From Octopus vulgaris (Eukaryota): DNA of 64,000 nt. The DNA lies in NCBI GenBank assembly GCA_951406725.2, contig OX597815.1:50406001-50470000 (forward strand), given 5' to 3'. Both the position numbers and the translations under genes were made by a program. Shown here in pieces: positions 52,731 through 64,000 of the stretch. Positions within the stretch are counted from its first letter, which is position 1. Each line of letters starts with the position of its first letter. The notes under the pieces were generated by a model, which searched no databases, was not told the DNA's origin, and saw only the letters and a program-made list of their open reading frames with translations.

Positions 52731-54829
52731 AGATACATTTAATTTTTGCATGTTATTGTATAAAGTTACAATTTAGATTTATTCATGTTGATTAGAAGAC
52801 ATCAATAAATATTTCAGTTTTACAGATTAGCTCACTTTGTGGAACACTTAGCATGAATTTAAAACAATTGGTTAAAAGCAAACTCTTGCTTTATTTCATA
52901 TAGCCTTTATCTTTTACCTTTTACTTGTTTCAGTAATTTGACTGTGGCCATGCTGGAGCACCACCTTGAAGGATTTTTAGTAAGAGAAATCGACCCCATG
53001 ACTTATTTTTTTAAGCTTAGTTCTTATTCTTAGCATTTATAATGAACGAAATTTATTAAAAATCAAAATTAAAACCAGTAGTATTTATTAGTGATAGTAA
53101 TGCTAATCATTTTTGTCATTTTTACCTGTGCTTTATGAAGAAATGAAGAGATATTTTCAGTTGTTCTGTCATTACCTCATTTTCATAACTTTTGTATTTT
53201 TGTAATTTTTTGCAAAAGAAAATCATTGATGATTTTTCATTTATATATTGTTTACCTGCCTGTAACAACATTTCACATGACCTTATTCATTAAAACTTAT
53301 TAAAACTTCAAAACTTCTTACAAGTTTGTCGTCATAATGTTGACAGAGACCGCTATCACGCACAAAATGCCAGCTTCCAAATCCTGTTTTCTGATTGAGT
53401 AAAAATTATCAAGCTTTAATCCTCTGTAACATTTTTCTAAAATTTCTCTGGAACAAGTGAGTAACAAAATCAGATTCAGTGTGAAAAATTACATTTATAT
53501 ACCAAATTTGAAAATTCTCACATAATTTTAAAATTTGAAAAACTGTGACAGCAACAGAAAAGATCCCAAAATCCTGTATCTTGCTAAATTCACTTAAAAT
53601 GTCATGATTGTCCAAAATTTAGTGTAAAAATTCAAATTTTTAAAACTATCAAGTGATAGCACCATAAAAATATCAATTAAAAAGTAAATTTTATTTCTAA
53701 TTTTCAGGTGTCAGATTTCATTCTAGTACTCTGATTACAAGGAAAATTAACAACTTGGTTGATACTAAATCCTATGGAATCTATATATAGTTTTAGTTTA
53801 TTTGTTGATTATCATGTAGAGTTGCTTGACTAAGTCATGTGAATTGTTATTAAATTCTATCAACATGTTTCTATCGAAATACAAGCTAAAACTTTCAGTC
53901 TCAAAGACATGTGTAAATTACCATTGCTATTTATAGTTACCATTGTGTGCTCTACAATGTTAATTAATGATCTCATTCAAAACTAAGATATTCATATCTA
54001 GTTATTATTCATTTCAGAATTTCTTCCTAGCTCTTTCTTAAAGAATATCTGATTTAGTTAAAGATATATAATGAAGAATGCAGATACAGGCTTTGAAGAA
54101 TTTCAATTCTGTTGTATTCTCTTTCTGAACAGAACAAATTTTGTGCTATTTTATTTTACACCAATACTGAAATTTACACATTGCTAGTTTTCCAGTTGAC
54201 ACAAAAAGAAAATTAAATTTTATCAGATTTTTATGCCTAAAGTAAACTAAACGGCTCCATATAAAGATTGCTTCTTTCTTTCTTTCTTTACATATTAATA
54301 TATCCAGTTATCACTTGTCTTTCAAATTAATATCTATGTCTAAAAGTTTTGAAAATAGAAATCTGTTCTACATTAAGTCAAATCCAGTCCCCTTAGAGTG
54401 AAAGAAAGTGACAGGATTGGAATCAATAGTAGATGTTATTTTCATAAACATGCAAACCTATTTTTAGACAATTTCCCAAACTAGATATCATAAACTTCCT
54501 ATTTCAACAGAATCTTAGACAAATTGACAATAATATTTTATAAATCAGAACCCTAAATGGAGCCAATAAAAAATCCTTAATATTGTCATTCAATCTACAA
54601 GAAACAGCCTACAAATTATATACTACCATCTTAATAAAGATAAAACATATATAGTCCAAGATAAATTTTGTCAGAATAAAACACAGCATAATTACAGTTG
54701 GAATACCTATCATCATAAATTTGTTCAATCAGTAGGAATGTGAAATTAAACAAAATGTCAATTAAATATTTGGTTCACAATGATAACCATTTAAGTTAAT
54801 CAGTGGCCAGCATAGAAATCAACTTCAAG

Positions 54830-55475
54830 TAGCTTTTTTGATCAAACATTGCACTTGCTGACATTTTCTTTCTCCTTTATTGAATATGACTATGTTCTTG
54901 CTGTAGCAGGTCTTTTCTTCTTTCCTTCTTATTAAAAATTTAGTCTGTGCTAAATATACTTTGAGGCCTTCCAGTTCTAAGTTTAGTTTCTACACTTGCA
55001 ATTTAACCTTCAACTGATTCAGGGATAAAACTAAGTCACTAATGTATAGAATTCCTGTAGACTACCAGTCTTAAACTCCTCTGCTATTACCTGGACAGCT
55101 ATGATAAGCAAAACAGGCCTGAGTACTTCTTCCTCTTGGTTTCCCGTACATGCACATTAAATTAAGCACTGTACTCATTACCAACCTGACTACAGTTCTG
55201 TACATGGCTTACATACCCATCACAAGAAATGCATTTATGCTTAGTTTCTTTAGTGTCTACCAGGAACTCTATTGAAGGCCTTCACAAGGCCATTGAATGC
55301 TCAGTAGAATGGCTTACTCTGAAGTATTTCTGCTGTAGTTATTTCACTAGGAAGAGAGCATCAGAATACCTCTTCTGACACTAAGAACTACATTATATTT
55401 AACCTGTTATTAATCAGTTGCATTATTATTCTTTCATAACCTGGTCTATTAAGTCAATGTTCCTGTAGTTTCTTT
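54830..55475 (-). mobile_element. RTE LINE reverse-transcriptase fragment, heavily degraded
   Basis: NYRNIDLIDQVMK, DALFLV..LQQKY, GNEYS and IAEEFKTG motifs across several frames. Confidence 0.75.
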
Positions 55476-55659
55476 TTTCTTTGCTATGTATACTTTCGAG
55501 TTGTACTTGCTTGGCAAGTGATTTCATCTCAGACTGTGTGTTGAACTTAAAAGCTGGATTAACCATTTCAGTCATTTATAGTCATGTTTTAAGTATTTGT
55601 CATAATTATGTAATCTAATTGTTTCTTAATTATACAATACATTATGAAATGTGAGAAAA

Positions 55660-55802
55660 AAGGTGGGATAAGAAGCTTGCTTCCCAACTACATGGTTCTG
55701 AGTTCAGTGTCAATGCATGACATCTTGAGTGAGTGTCTTCCACTGTAGCCTTTGAACCAACCAAAGCCTTATGAGTTTGGTATTTGAAAACTGAAAGAAG
55801 CC

Positions 55803-55885
<83 letters not shown>

Positions 55886-56126
55886 TTCATATATATATAT
55901 ACATATATTCATATATATATATATAGTTAATCCAAACAAGAAAACACAAAAAAACACAACAACGTGAGGACGTGGAACAAATATAGTATTATTGGACGCT
56001 CAGGAGAGAAGGAAAGAAGGAGGGTTTAACGTTTCGAGTGGAGCTCTTCGTCGGAAACATAGGAGAAGGAAAGATCCAGAGAAGGGAAGACAGAGGAAAA
56101 AAAATCGACAACGGTACATACGAGGT

Positions 56127-56172
<46 letters not shown>

Positions 56173-56284
56173 TACATACATATATATATATATGTATGTA
56201 TGTATGTATTTATGTATATATATATGTATATACATATATACATACATATATACATACATATATATATATATATGTATGTATGTA

Positions 56285-56355
<71 letters not shown>

Positions 56356-56595
56356 ATCCGTCTGTGTTTATGTGTCTTTGAGTCTGTTTGTCCTCCTACC
56401 ATTGCTTGGCAACCAGTCTTGGTGTGCTTACGTACCCATAACCTAGTGGTTCTGCAAAAGAGATCAATAGAATAAGTACCAGGCTTTTAAAAGAAGAAAA
56501 GAGCACTGGGGTCAATTCATTCGACTAAAAATTCTTCAAGGCAATGTCCCAGGATGGCTGCAGTGTAATGATTGAAACAAGTAAAAGAATAAAAG
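55660..56595 (+). mobile_element. SINE family A whose internal (TA)n hosts an insertion
   Basis: Head 55660-55805, tail 56360-56595. Confidence 0.8.
55926..56130 (-). mobile_element. Short (about 205 bp) Penelope-type element with minimal hammerhead, inserted in (TA)n
   Basis: Minus strand 56058-56024 reads gttt-CCGACGA-a-gag/ctc-GAAA-cgtt-aaac. (TA)n on both sides. Confidence 0.72.
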
Positions 56596-57544
56596 AATGT
56601 ATTTGCATGTATGTATGCATGTATGTGTGCGTCTGTATATGTGTGTGTATTTACGACTGTGAGTATGTTTGTTTATATGTGTGTGTACATCATGTATGTG
56701 TCTCTCTGTTTTAGGGTGGCACTTATTCCAGTACTTTGTAAAGCCATGCAACCAAATTCTGCCAGACTACACTTTCTAAAAGCAAATCCAAAACATAGAA
56801 GAACAGTCATCAAACATAAATATTGGTGTTAATGCTGCTTCAAATGGTAATGATGATGTTAAAGAGAAAAGAAAAATAAATAAATAAACAACTAGAAGAA
56901 GAAAGGAGGAAAAGGTGGAGGTTTAGGAAAAGAAAAGTTTAAAAAAATAAGAGTATTATAAAACCTTCATCTTCCCTTCATTAATGATTATCACAGCATG
57001 AACAAGGTTTTTTCCAGTTGAATAGTTTTCTGTCATAGTAAGGTAAAGCCAGTCACTTGCTAGACAAAATACGACCTCAGTAAAGTATTATGCAAGTTTT
57101 CACAACCCCACCAATGCTAATGTTTGCTTAAGTTCGTGAACAGTGTTTAAATTTTCTACATCAATTTTCCTTTTCTTCATCCCTGAAATTTATGCATTAT
57201 CATCTCTTGTGAATATCTGTAGCAAATTTACAACACAAATCATTTATACAAATGACTTTGATGTCGATGATAGAACAAAAAATAAAATTCTTACTCACTC
57301 ACATCAAAGGTCTCAACAAAATTTGACAGAATGGAAATCTGAGAGGTCCACACCGGCATTTGCCACTGACGAAATTAAAGCTAACCTGATCAATACAAAT
57401 CAACCTCTGTGATCTAACAACTTAATAGATATTAACTAAAATTTGTGTTCATTAGTAACATAAACAATAACAAGTATTTAATGTGTGTGCACACTCACAC
57501 ACACACACAACTATGCACACACAACACTTTCTCTTTCTCTCTTT

Positions 57545-57592
<48 letters not shown>

Positions 57593-57712
57593 ATACATAC
57601 ATACATACATATACCACATGCACACATATATACATATATATATATATAATACATGTAGATATATATAAGTATATTATATAGATATATATATGTACATACA
57701 TGCATATATGAA

Positions 57713-57799
<87 letters not shown>

Positions 57800-57951
57800 C
57801 GTGTGTGTGTGTGAATGCCTTTTTGTCTTCCCTGCATAAATATATGTAAATTTGCTTGCATAAGCATGCATATATGCCCTATATGAGTAAATATATGTGT
57901 ATGCATGTTTATCAAGGGTACAAAATATGTGTATACATAAATAGTAGTACA

Positions 57952-58013
<62 letters not shown>

Positions 58014-58195
58014 TGTATGTATGTATATATATATATTTATATATATATATATGGGGAGTGCATGTGTGTACAAAAGTATGTATGCATATGCTTGCTCATT
58101 CCTCTTTAGTAATGTATGCATAAGTTTATGGATGTACATTTATGTACTTGTATGTGTGTGTGTATATATACATACTTATACACATATATATAAAT

Positions 58196-58228
<33 letters not shown>

Positions 58229-59425
58229 CACATACCCACACATGCCTGTATGTATTACATTATCATTTATCAATTTATTTTAGTTATTCACTGATAGCTT
58301 TTGATTAATTTTATTTATAATATACTTTTTTTTAATAAAACTTCCTATATTTCACACCAGTTTTACAAGAACATGATAATCACTTGCGTGAAATTTGAGG
58401 AAAACACAGAACTTGACACTTAAAAATTGGGGGAGGGGGGTTAATGGATGCATCATCATCATCATCATCACCACCACCACCTTCATCATTAATGCAGGCA
58501 TAGTAATGAAAGGGTATTTCTCATACAGGCACATGGCTACCACTAATAATTTAAAAACAGAGTGATATAATCAATTTAATTGACACCAGTAAGTGAATCG
58601 TACTGATTTTATTGATACCATGAGTGATGAAGAAAAAAAAACTAATCTAAGATTAAAGACTAGCATAAGATTTTGAGCTTATTACTACAAAGGCTGAGCA
58701 CAACACAGTAAATAGAATGTATTCCACTTTTAACCTCAGATTTACTGACACCTTGTGAACAGATGAGAACTGCAAAATCCAGTGTGTGTGTGTACATATG
58801 TGTTAACAGTGACAAATAGAAGGAAGAATCTCAATACCTGGTAGTTACAGTCAGTATTTCATCCCAATACATTGTTTTTTTGTTGGGTGCAGTTGTTAAT
58901 AGAAAGAGTCTGGCCATATACTTACTGCTGGTGATCTAATTACATAAAAAATTATGGCTATTTGTTAAGTTGGGTACCTAAAAGAGTATACAGTCAAACC
59001 AGAAGTCAACTGAAAAATGTACCATTTTGCAGTATTTAGTTGTATTCCTTTATTGACCAAGTTTCATTCTCAGTGGGATGAGATTGATTATAGATTTTAT
59101 CTTATTATCCTTTTTGAGTGGATCAAATTAACACCAGTCATATACTGAGGTAAATATCATGTGTTTAACTCCCGCCAAACAACCCTCTCATCTTATACTA
59201 ATGAAAGACATCAGTATTATTCGATTTTAGATGTTTGTTCATACATTTACAAATGTTCATGCATTTACAAAAGATCCCATTTGACAAGAAATGTTGACAC
59301 AAATCTCTTCCTTGTAATTTGTTGTATCAATTATATATCTATCATAGAAAACTACAATGTTTATAAACTTGTCATTTGGGAAAACAAAAACTGTTCCTCT
59401 ACCACTAATAAGGATAACAACAACA

Positions 59426-59481
<56 letters not shown>

Positions 59482-59483
<2 letters not shown>

Positions 59484-60026
59484 TGCCCTGATGCAGTACC
59501 AGGCAGTGGCTCCCATGGCTTCTGATCTTAACTGATTGGAAGTGTTATCATGTACATTGTTTTGTCTTGGAATAAAAAATGGGCTACAGCAAATACCACA
59601 GATTTGCTTGTAAGTTGCTTGACCTTACCCAGTTGAGCATGTCCCTTAGTGGCTGACGATATGTGCGTCACTGATCATGAGCAGAAGTACTGGGGGAGCA
59701 TCATAGCCATGTGTTGAGAGAGATTCTTTGGGGTTTGAATAATTCACCTCTGGAAACATGGGTGTTTCATTCAACATCCTTAAACAACCCTTATTCAGGG
59801 ACCTTTTGGGTGGGATGAGTTACTCGACCAGAAGAAAATTCTAACTGGGCCCCACCTGCAAGGTCATGCGCTGTTTATCTTGATATGAGATCACCATGTT
59901 GCACATATATGGTTGTGATGTGTGTGTCTGGAGTACTCTTATCAGACGGGTAGTTTTGATCGGTATACTGGGCTTTGTATATTTTACCCCAGTGTCACTT
60001 TGATGGCATGCCCTGCTCTCTCACTC
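59482..60026 (+). mobile_element. About 545 bp non-coding element inserted in an (AAT)n tract (possible non-autonomous R4/Dong-type)
   Basis: More GC-rich block bounded sharply by (AAT)n on both sides. Orientation and family are inferred. Confidence 0.55.
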
Positions 60027-60199
60027 AATAATAATAATAATAATAATAATTATAATTCTCTTTCTAATTTTGGCACAAGATCAGCAACTTCAAGGGGAGG
60101 GAGAAGTAATTACATCAACCCCAGTACTCAACTGGAACTTAGTTCATCAACCCCCACCACCAAAGGATGAAAGGTAAAGTCGTTCTCAACAGCATTTGA

Positions 60200-60600
60200 A
60201 TATGATAATGCAAACACATCTCTGAAAATGCTTGAAAAAATGACCAAGTATTAGGACCTGGAGATGGAAATTGGAAGAATGTAGCATCACAAAACTATGA
60301 TATTACCTATTGTTATTGGGGTGGTTTCATGAGGAGCAAACAAGTAGGTAAACTAAATCCCTGGCAGTGAATTACAAAATATTGTACTTATGGGTATCTC
60401 ACATATTCTACATAAATTCCTCATCATGTAAATACAATCTTACTCACTGTGTTTTTTCTCCTACCACAGATGTCAATGTTTTCAAATGCATGACACTTTA
60501 CCTGTTAACGTCTTCAGATGCAAAATCTTGTCCCTAGGTGTATCTGTTTAGACATGGGTGTGACTCATATAAATTAAAGCAAAATCAAAACAGATGATAA
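60200..60600 (+). mobile_element. R4/Dong-type RLE non-LTR retrotransposon 3' remnant
   Basis: EKMTKY*DLEMEIGRM*..LPIVIG..IPGSELQNIVLMGISHILHKFL, then a 3' UTR ending in microsatellite. Confidence 0.75.
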
Positions 60601-60739
60601 TGATGATGATGATGATGTTGATAGATGGTGGTGGTGGTGATGGTGGTGATGATGCTGGTGGTGGTGGTGGTGGTGGTGGTGGTGGTGGCAGCGGCGGCAG
60701 AAGTTATTATTATTCTGCAGCTGCTCAAAACTGTTTGTG

Positions 60740-61520
60740 GGAAAACAACCCAAGATTTCTAGGAGGGTATGTGTGCTAGTTAAGGGTATGAGTGATGATG
60801 ACCTAGGGTTAAATCTAGGCATCAGTGAGAACAGTCTGAGTAGTCTCTTCCAGAGTACCTTCAGGTCAAAGATCATGGACAATTTCCAAAAGTCTTTAGC
60901 TTGGCAGAGGGGCATTGCCTGTTTGAGACAACCTGTTCAGGCATGGAAGTGCCAACAGCCAAACTTGCCTGAGATGCTTGCAAGAGGAGGAAACTATCTT
61001 GCATGCAATAATTCAATGTCTGTGCATTAGAGAGTTGTGGGATTGTGAGGAGCAGCTGTATCACGTGTAAGACAAATTCAGCTGTTTGCCAAGTGTATAG
61101 TGAAGATCGACGCACCGCCTTCCCTTAGCAGAGAAGGAAGGCAGATCTTTCTCTGCCTCGTGGAAGTGGCAAAAGAGGCTGTGTGATTGACCCATCTGAA
61201 AGGTTTGGAGACAGGCACATTCCTATCTGGTCAAGCTCTCAGCAATTTCATCAAATATCATTTGAAGAGGAAGGTAAGGGTAAAGAAGGTAGTGCTGCCT
61301 TCTAGTGTGTATATCAAAAGGTGGTTGACAATGGCAAGACTGGTGAGACTGAATGGATCTACTCTGAATATGCTTTTCTAAGAAGGAGAAAGAGTAATCC
61401 AGGATTTTTGTGTAGGGTTTACCCCAGATTACCCTAAGGGGACTGCCCCGCAATTGGGGATTCTATTTATCATTTATTTCTCTACTTTCTGTTATATATC
61501 CTCTATTATATCTTTTAATG
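60740..61520 (+). mobile_element. Tx1/L1-clade LINE ORF2 3' remnant
   Basis: NFQKSLAW..ALPV*DNLFRHG, CCHC finger CLRCLQEEETILHAIIQC and FLCLVEVAKEAV*..KRW. Confidence 0.8.
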
Positions 61521-61654
61521 TGGTAGTATCTCCCCTGATTGATGTTAATACCACATGTTTTTGTTTTTGTAATTTTTTTGTTTTGCTGAAAGTTATCCTT
61601 CGATATTTTCCTCCATGTCTTGGGCCCTTATGAACAATAAAAGAAATCATTATT

Positions 61655-61812
61655 ATTCCACTGAAGTCAACTTTGCTTTTCATCCTTTCAGGGTAGATAA
61701 AATAAGTACCAGTCGAATACTGGGGTTAATATGATTGATTGACCCCCCACCCCCGAAAAAAACCCAGGTCTTATGCCTATAGTAGAAAGGATTATTATTA
61801 TTATTATTATTA

Positions 61813-61850
<38 letters not shown>

Positions 61851-61855
61851 GTTAT
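61655..61855 (+). mobile_element. SINE family B 3' part with (ATT)n tail
   Basis: aactttgcttttcatcctttcagggtagataaaataagtaccag. Confidence 0.75.
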
Positions 61856-62746
61856 TATAGAATCAAGAGAGCAGTATTAGTGTAGATAATATTATTAAAT
61901 ATACAAGTAATATTGTGAAAGAGAGAAGAAAATGCATTCCAGTTGTTGATACATGAGGAATGAACTGAAGATGGTTCAATAAAATTTATCTTATGTAAGC
62001 CTGTCATTTAAAAGAATACATGTTGATGTATGAATACAGTGTATTAGTTTCCCTACTTGGTTATGACAAATAAAAAGTGTGAAAGGAAATTTATTACTAG
62101 TGTGGCACTTTATCACACTTTAGTCAGCATATAAAAAGCAGCTTTGGATAAATGCCAAAATATTCCTACTCCTTTGCATGGTGAAACATTTTGTGTGACC
62201 CCCAGTCCTGTTCATAATGAGTCTTTTCTTCCCTGCAATGATGAAAGAGCACTGAATGTTTTCAAAATACAACTCACATCCGTCTAACTAAGCTATTTGA
62301 TATTTCCTCTGTTTTCTAAATGATAGTCTAGCAACCAGGGGACAAAAATAGCCTGGCCCATTTGGCAAATTGATAATGATATCTAGAAATCCAATTCTAA
62401 AATAGATCTGATAATCAAGCTCCTTTGATTATATTCCAAACAATTAATTAGATGAAGAAGCTTTGCTTTCAAATGGAATCATAACTAATTGTAAACAATG
62501 CAAAGTTCCTATTTGCCAGTAACAGAGCTGCAATAGAGGAACAATATATGGTATCTTTCAATATCGAGTGAGCTACTTCACTATTACAGCAAAAAGAATC
62601 TACCAGTTCTTCATTAAGAGCTTTGATCATTGAAATACATGTCTAACATAACAAGTCACAGTAATTGAGACACTATTTATCCCTAGTAAACCTGATCATA
62701 TTATGTAACAAGTGAGATCAAATACATACATACATACATACATACA

Positions 62747-62777
<31 letters not shown>

Positions 62778-62983
62778 GTGCATGTTAATCTTTTACGCAT
62801 TTATTGACTTCAATCACTGGATTGGATTCATTCTGGGATAACAGCTTTAAGGGTTTAGTTTATTTAGTTTATTTAAATGATGCTAAAAAGTTGAAAATCA
62901 AATCTGACCTCTGCCTGATTTCATTCTAATTATAGATGGATGTAACTGAATACTATATCAGTCTTTTGGTTTTGTAAATCTAG

Positions 62984-63014
<31 letters not shown>

Positions 63015-63351
63015 GTCATCATGTTTGTTGTCATCATTGTCATCATAATCATTTTACATATGCTTTCAATGTTAGCATGGGTTGGATGTTTTGACAGGAT
63101 CCAGTGCATCAAAGGACATCTTGCTCCAGTATCACAATTTCTACAACTGGAGGCCCTTCTTAATACCAATTTACAGAATATACTGGAAGCTTATTTTCTT
63201 AGCACTATTACTAAGAGTACTTTGAAACTCACAAGACAAGCATCCTAACAACTGAATTACTTACTCACCAAAGTAGCTGAATATTCCACAGAAACATGTA
63301 CCCTTAAGGTATTTCTCTGGAAGAATCAACATGACACAGTGTGACAAAGTT

Positions 63352-63727
63352 TTAACCCCTTAACATTCAAAGCAGCCATATCTAGTCAAAATATTTAACC
63401 TGTTTTATGTTGAAACTGGCTAAATCTGGCTTCTCACCTCAACCCTAAAATGTCATTCTATAACCAAACAATCACATCATTGAAATCTCTAGACTTCAAG
63501 ATAATACCTGATTAATTACTCTTTTACTCTTTTACTTGTTTCAGTCATTTGACTGCAGCCATACTGGAGAACCACCTTTAGTCGAGCAAATCGACCCCAT
63601 AACTTATTCTTTATAAGCCTAGTACTTATTCTATCGGTTTCTTTTGCTGAACCACTAAGTTACGGGGACATAAACACACCAGCATCAGTTGTCAAGCGAT
63701 GTTGGGGGGACAAACACAGAAACACAA

Positions 63728-63766
<39 letters not shown>

Positions 63767-64000
63767 TATATATACGACGGGCTTCTTTCAGTTTCTGTCT
63801 ACCAAATCCACTCACAAGGCTTTGGTTGGCCTGAGGCTATAGTAGAAGACACTTGCCCAAGATGTCACACAGTGGGACTGAACCTAGGACCATGTGGTTG
63901 GTAAGCAAGCCACTTACCACACAGCCACTCCTGTGCCTGATTCACTCCTAATTCAAAACAATATGAATAAACAAACATTACATTTGACAGAATAATCAGA
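63352..64000 (+). mobile_element. piggyBac-like MITE beginning TTAA-CCC, interrupted by a SINE
   Basis: ttaacccct at 63352. The right end is not visible in the window. Confidence 0.4.
63517..63938 (-). mobile_element. SINE family A, full length
   Basis: Reverse complement of 9734-10156. Confidence 0.92.

Noticed and set aside
55989-58308. Many IY/YI/CV-rich ORFs
   Set aside because: (TA)n, (TG)n and (TACA)n artefacts.

Overview
AT-rich eukaryotic DNA, dense in microsatellites and transposons. The SINE families strongly suggest a cephalopod (Octopus-like) intron or intergenic region; this is my inference from recalled consensus motifs, not a database search. I found no intact host protein-coding gene, and nearly all ORF-track entries are microsatellite or SINE artefacts. 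DNA transposons: two internally deleted Chapaev3-type elements (one with intact CACTGGTCAAC TIRs and a TTA TSD), a full-length DD37D/maT Tc1-mariner element split by a solo LTR, and mariner and piggyBac MITEs. Retroelements: three Penelope-like (RT tail plus GIY-YIG) remnants, RTE, CRE, R4/Dong and Tx1 LINE fragments, and dozens of SINEs in at least four families. The most unusual signals are (i) a TSD-flanked tRNA-headed SINE carrying a Penelope-type minimal hammerhead, (ii) short hammerhead-bearing elements sitting in (TA)n tracts, one tandemly duplicated, (iii) several long, mutually unrelated fold-back palindromes, one demonstrably replacing part of a MITE, and (iv) a templated capture of sequence from 19 kb away into a SINE. 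Many boundaries were placed by eye and are approximate.
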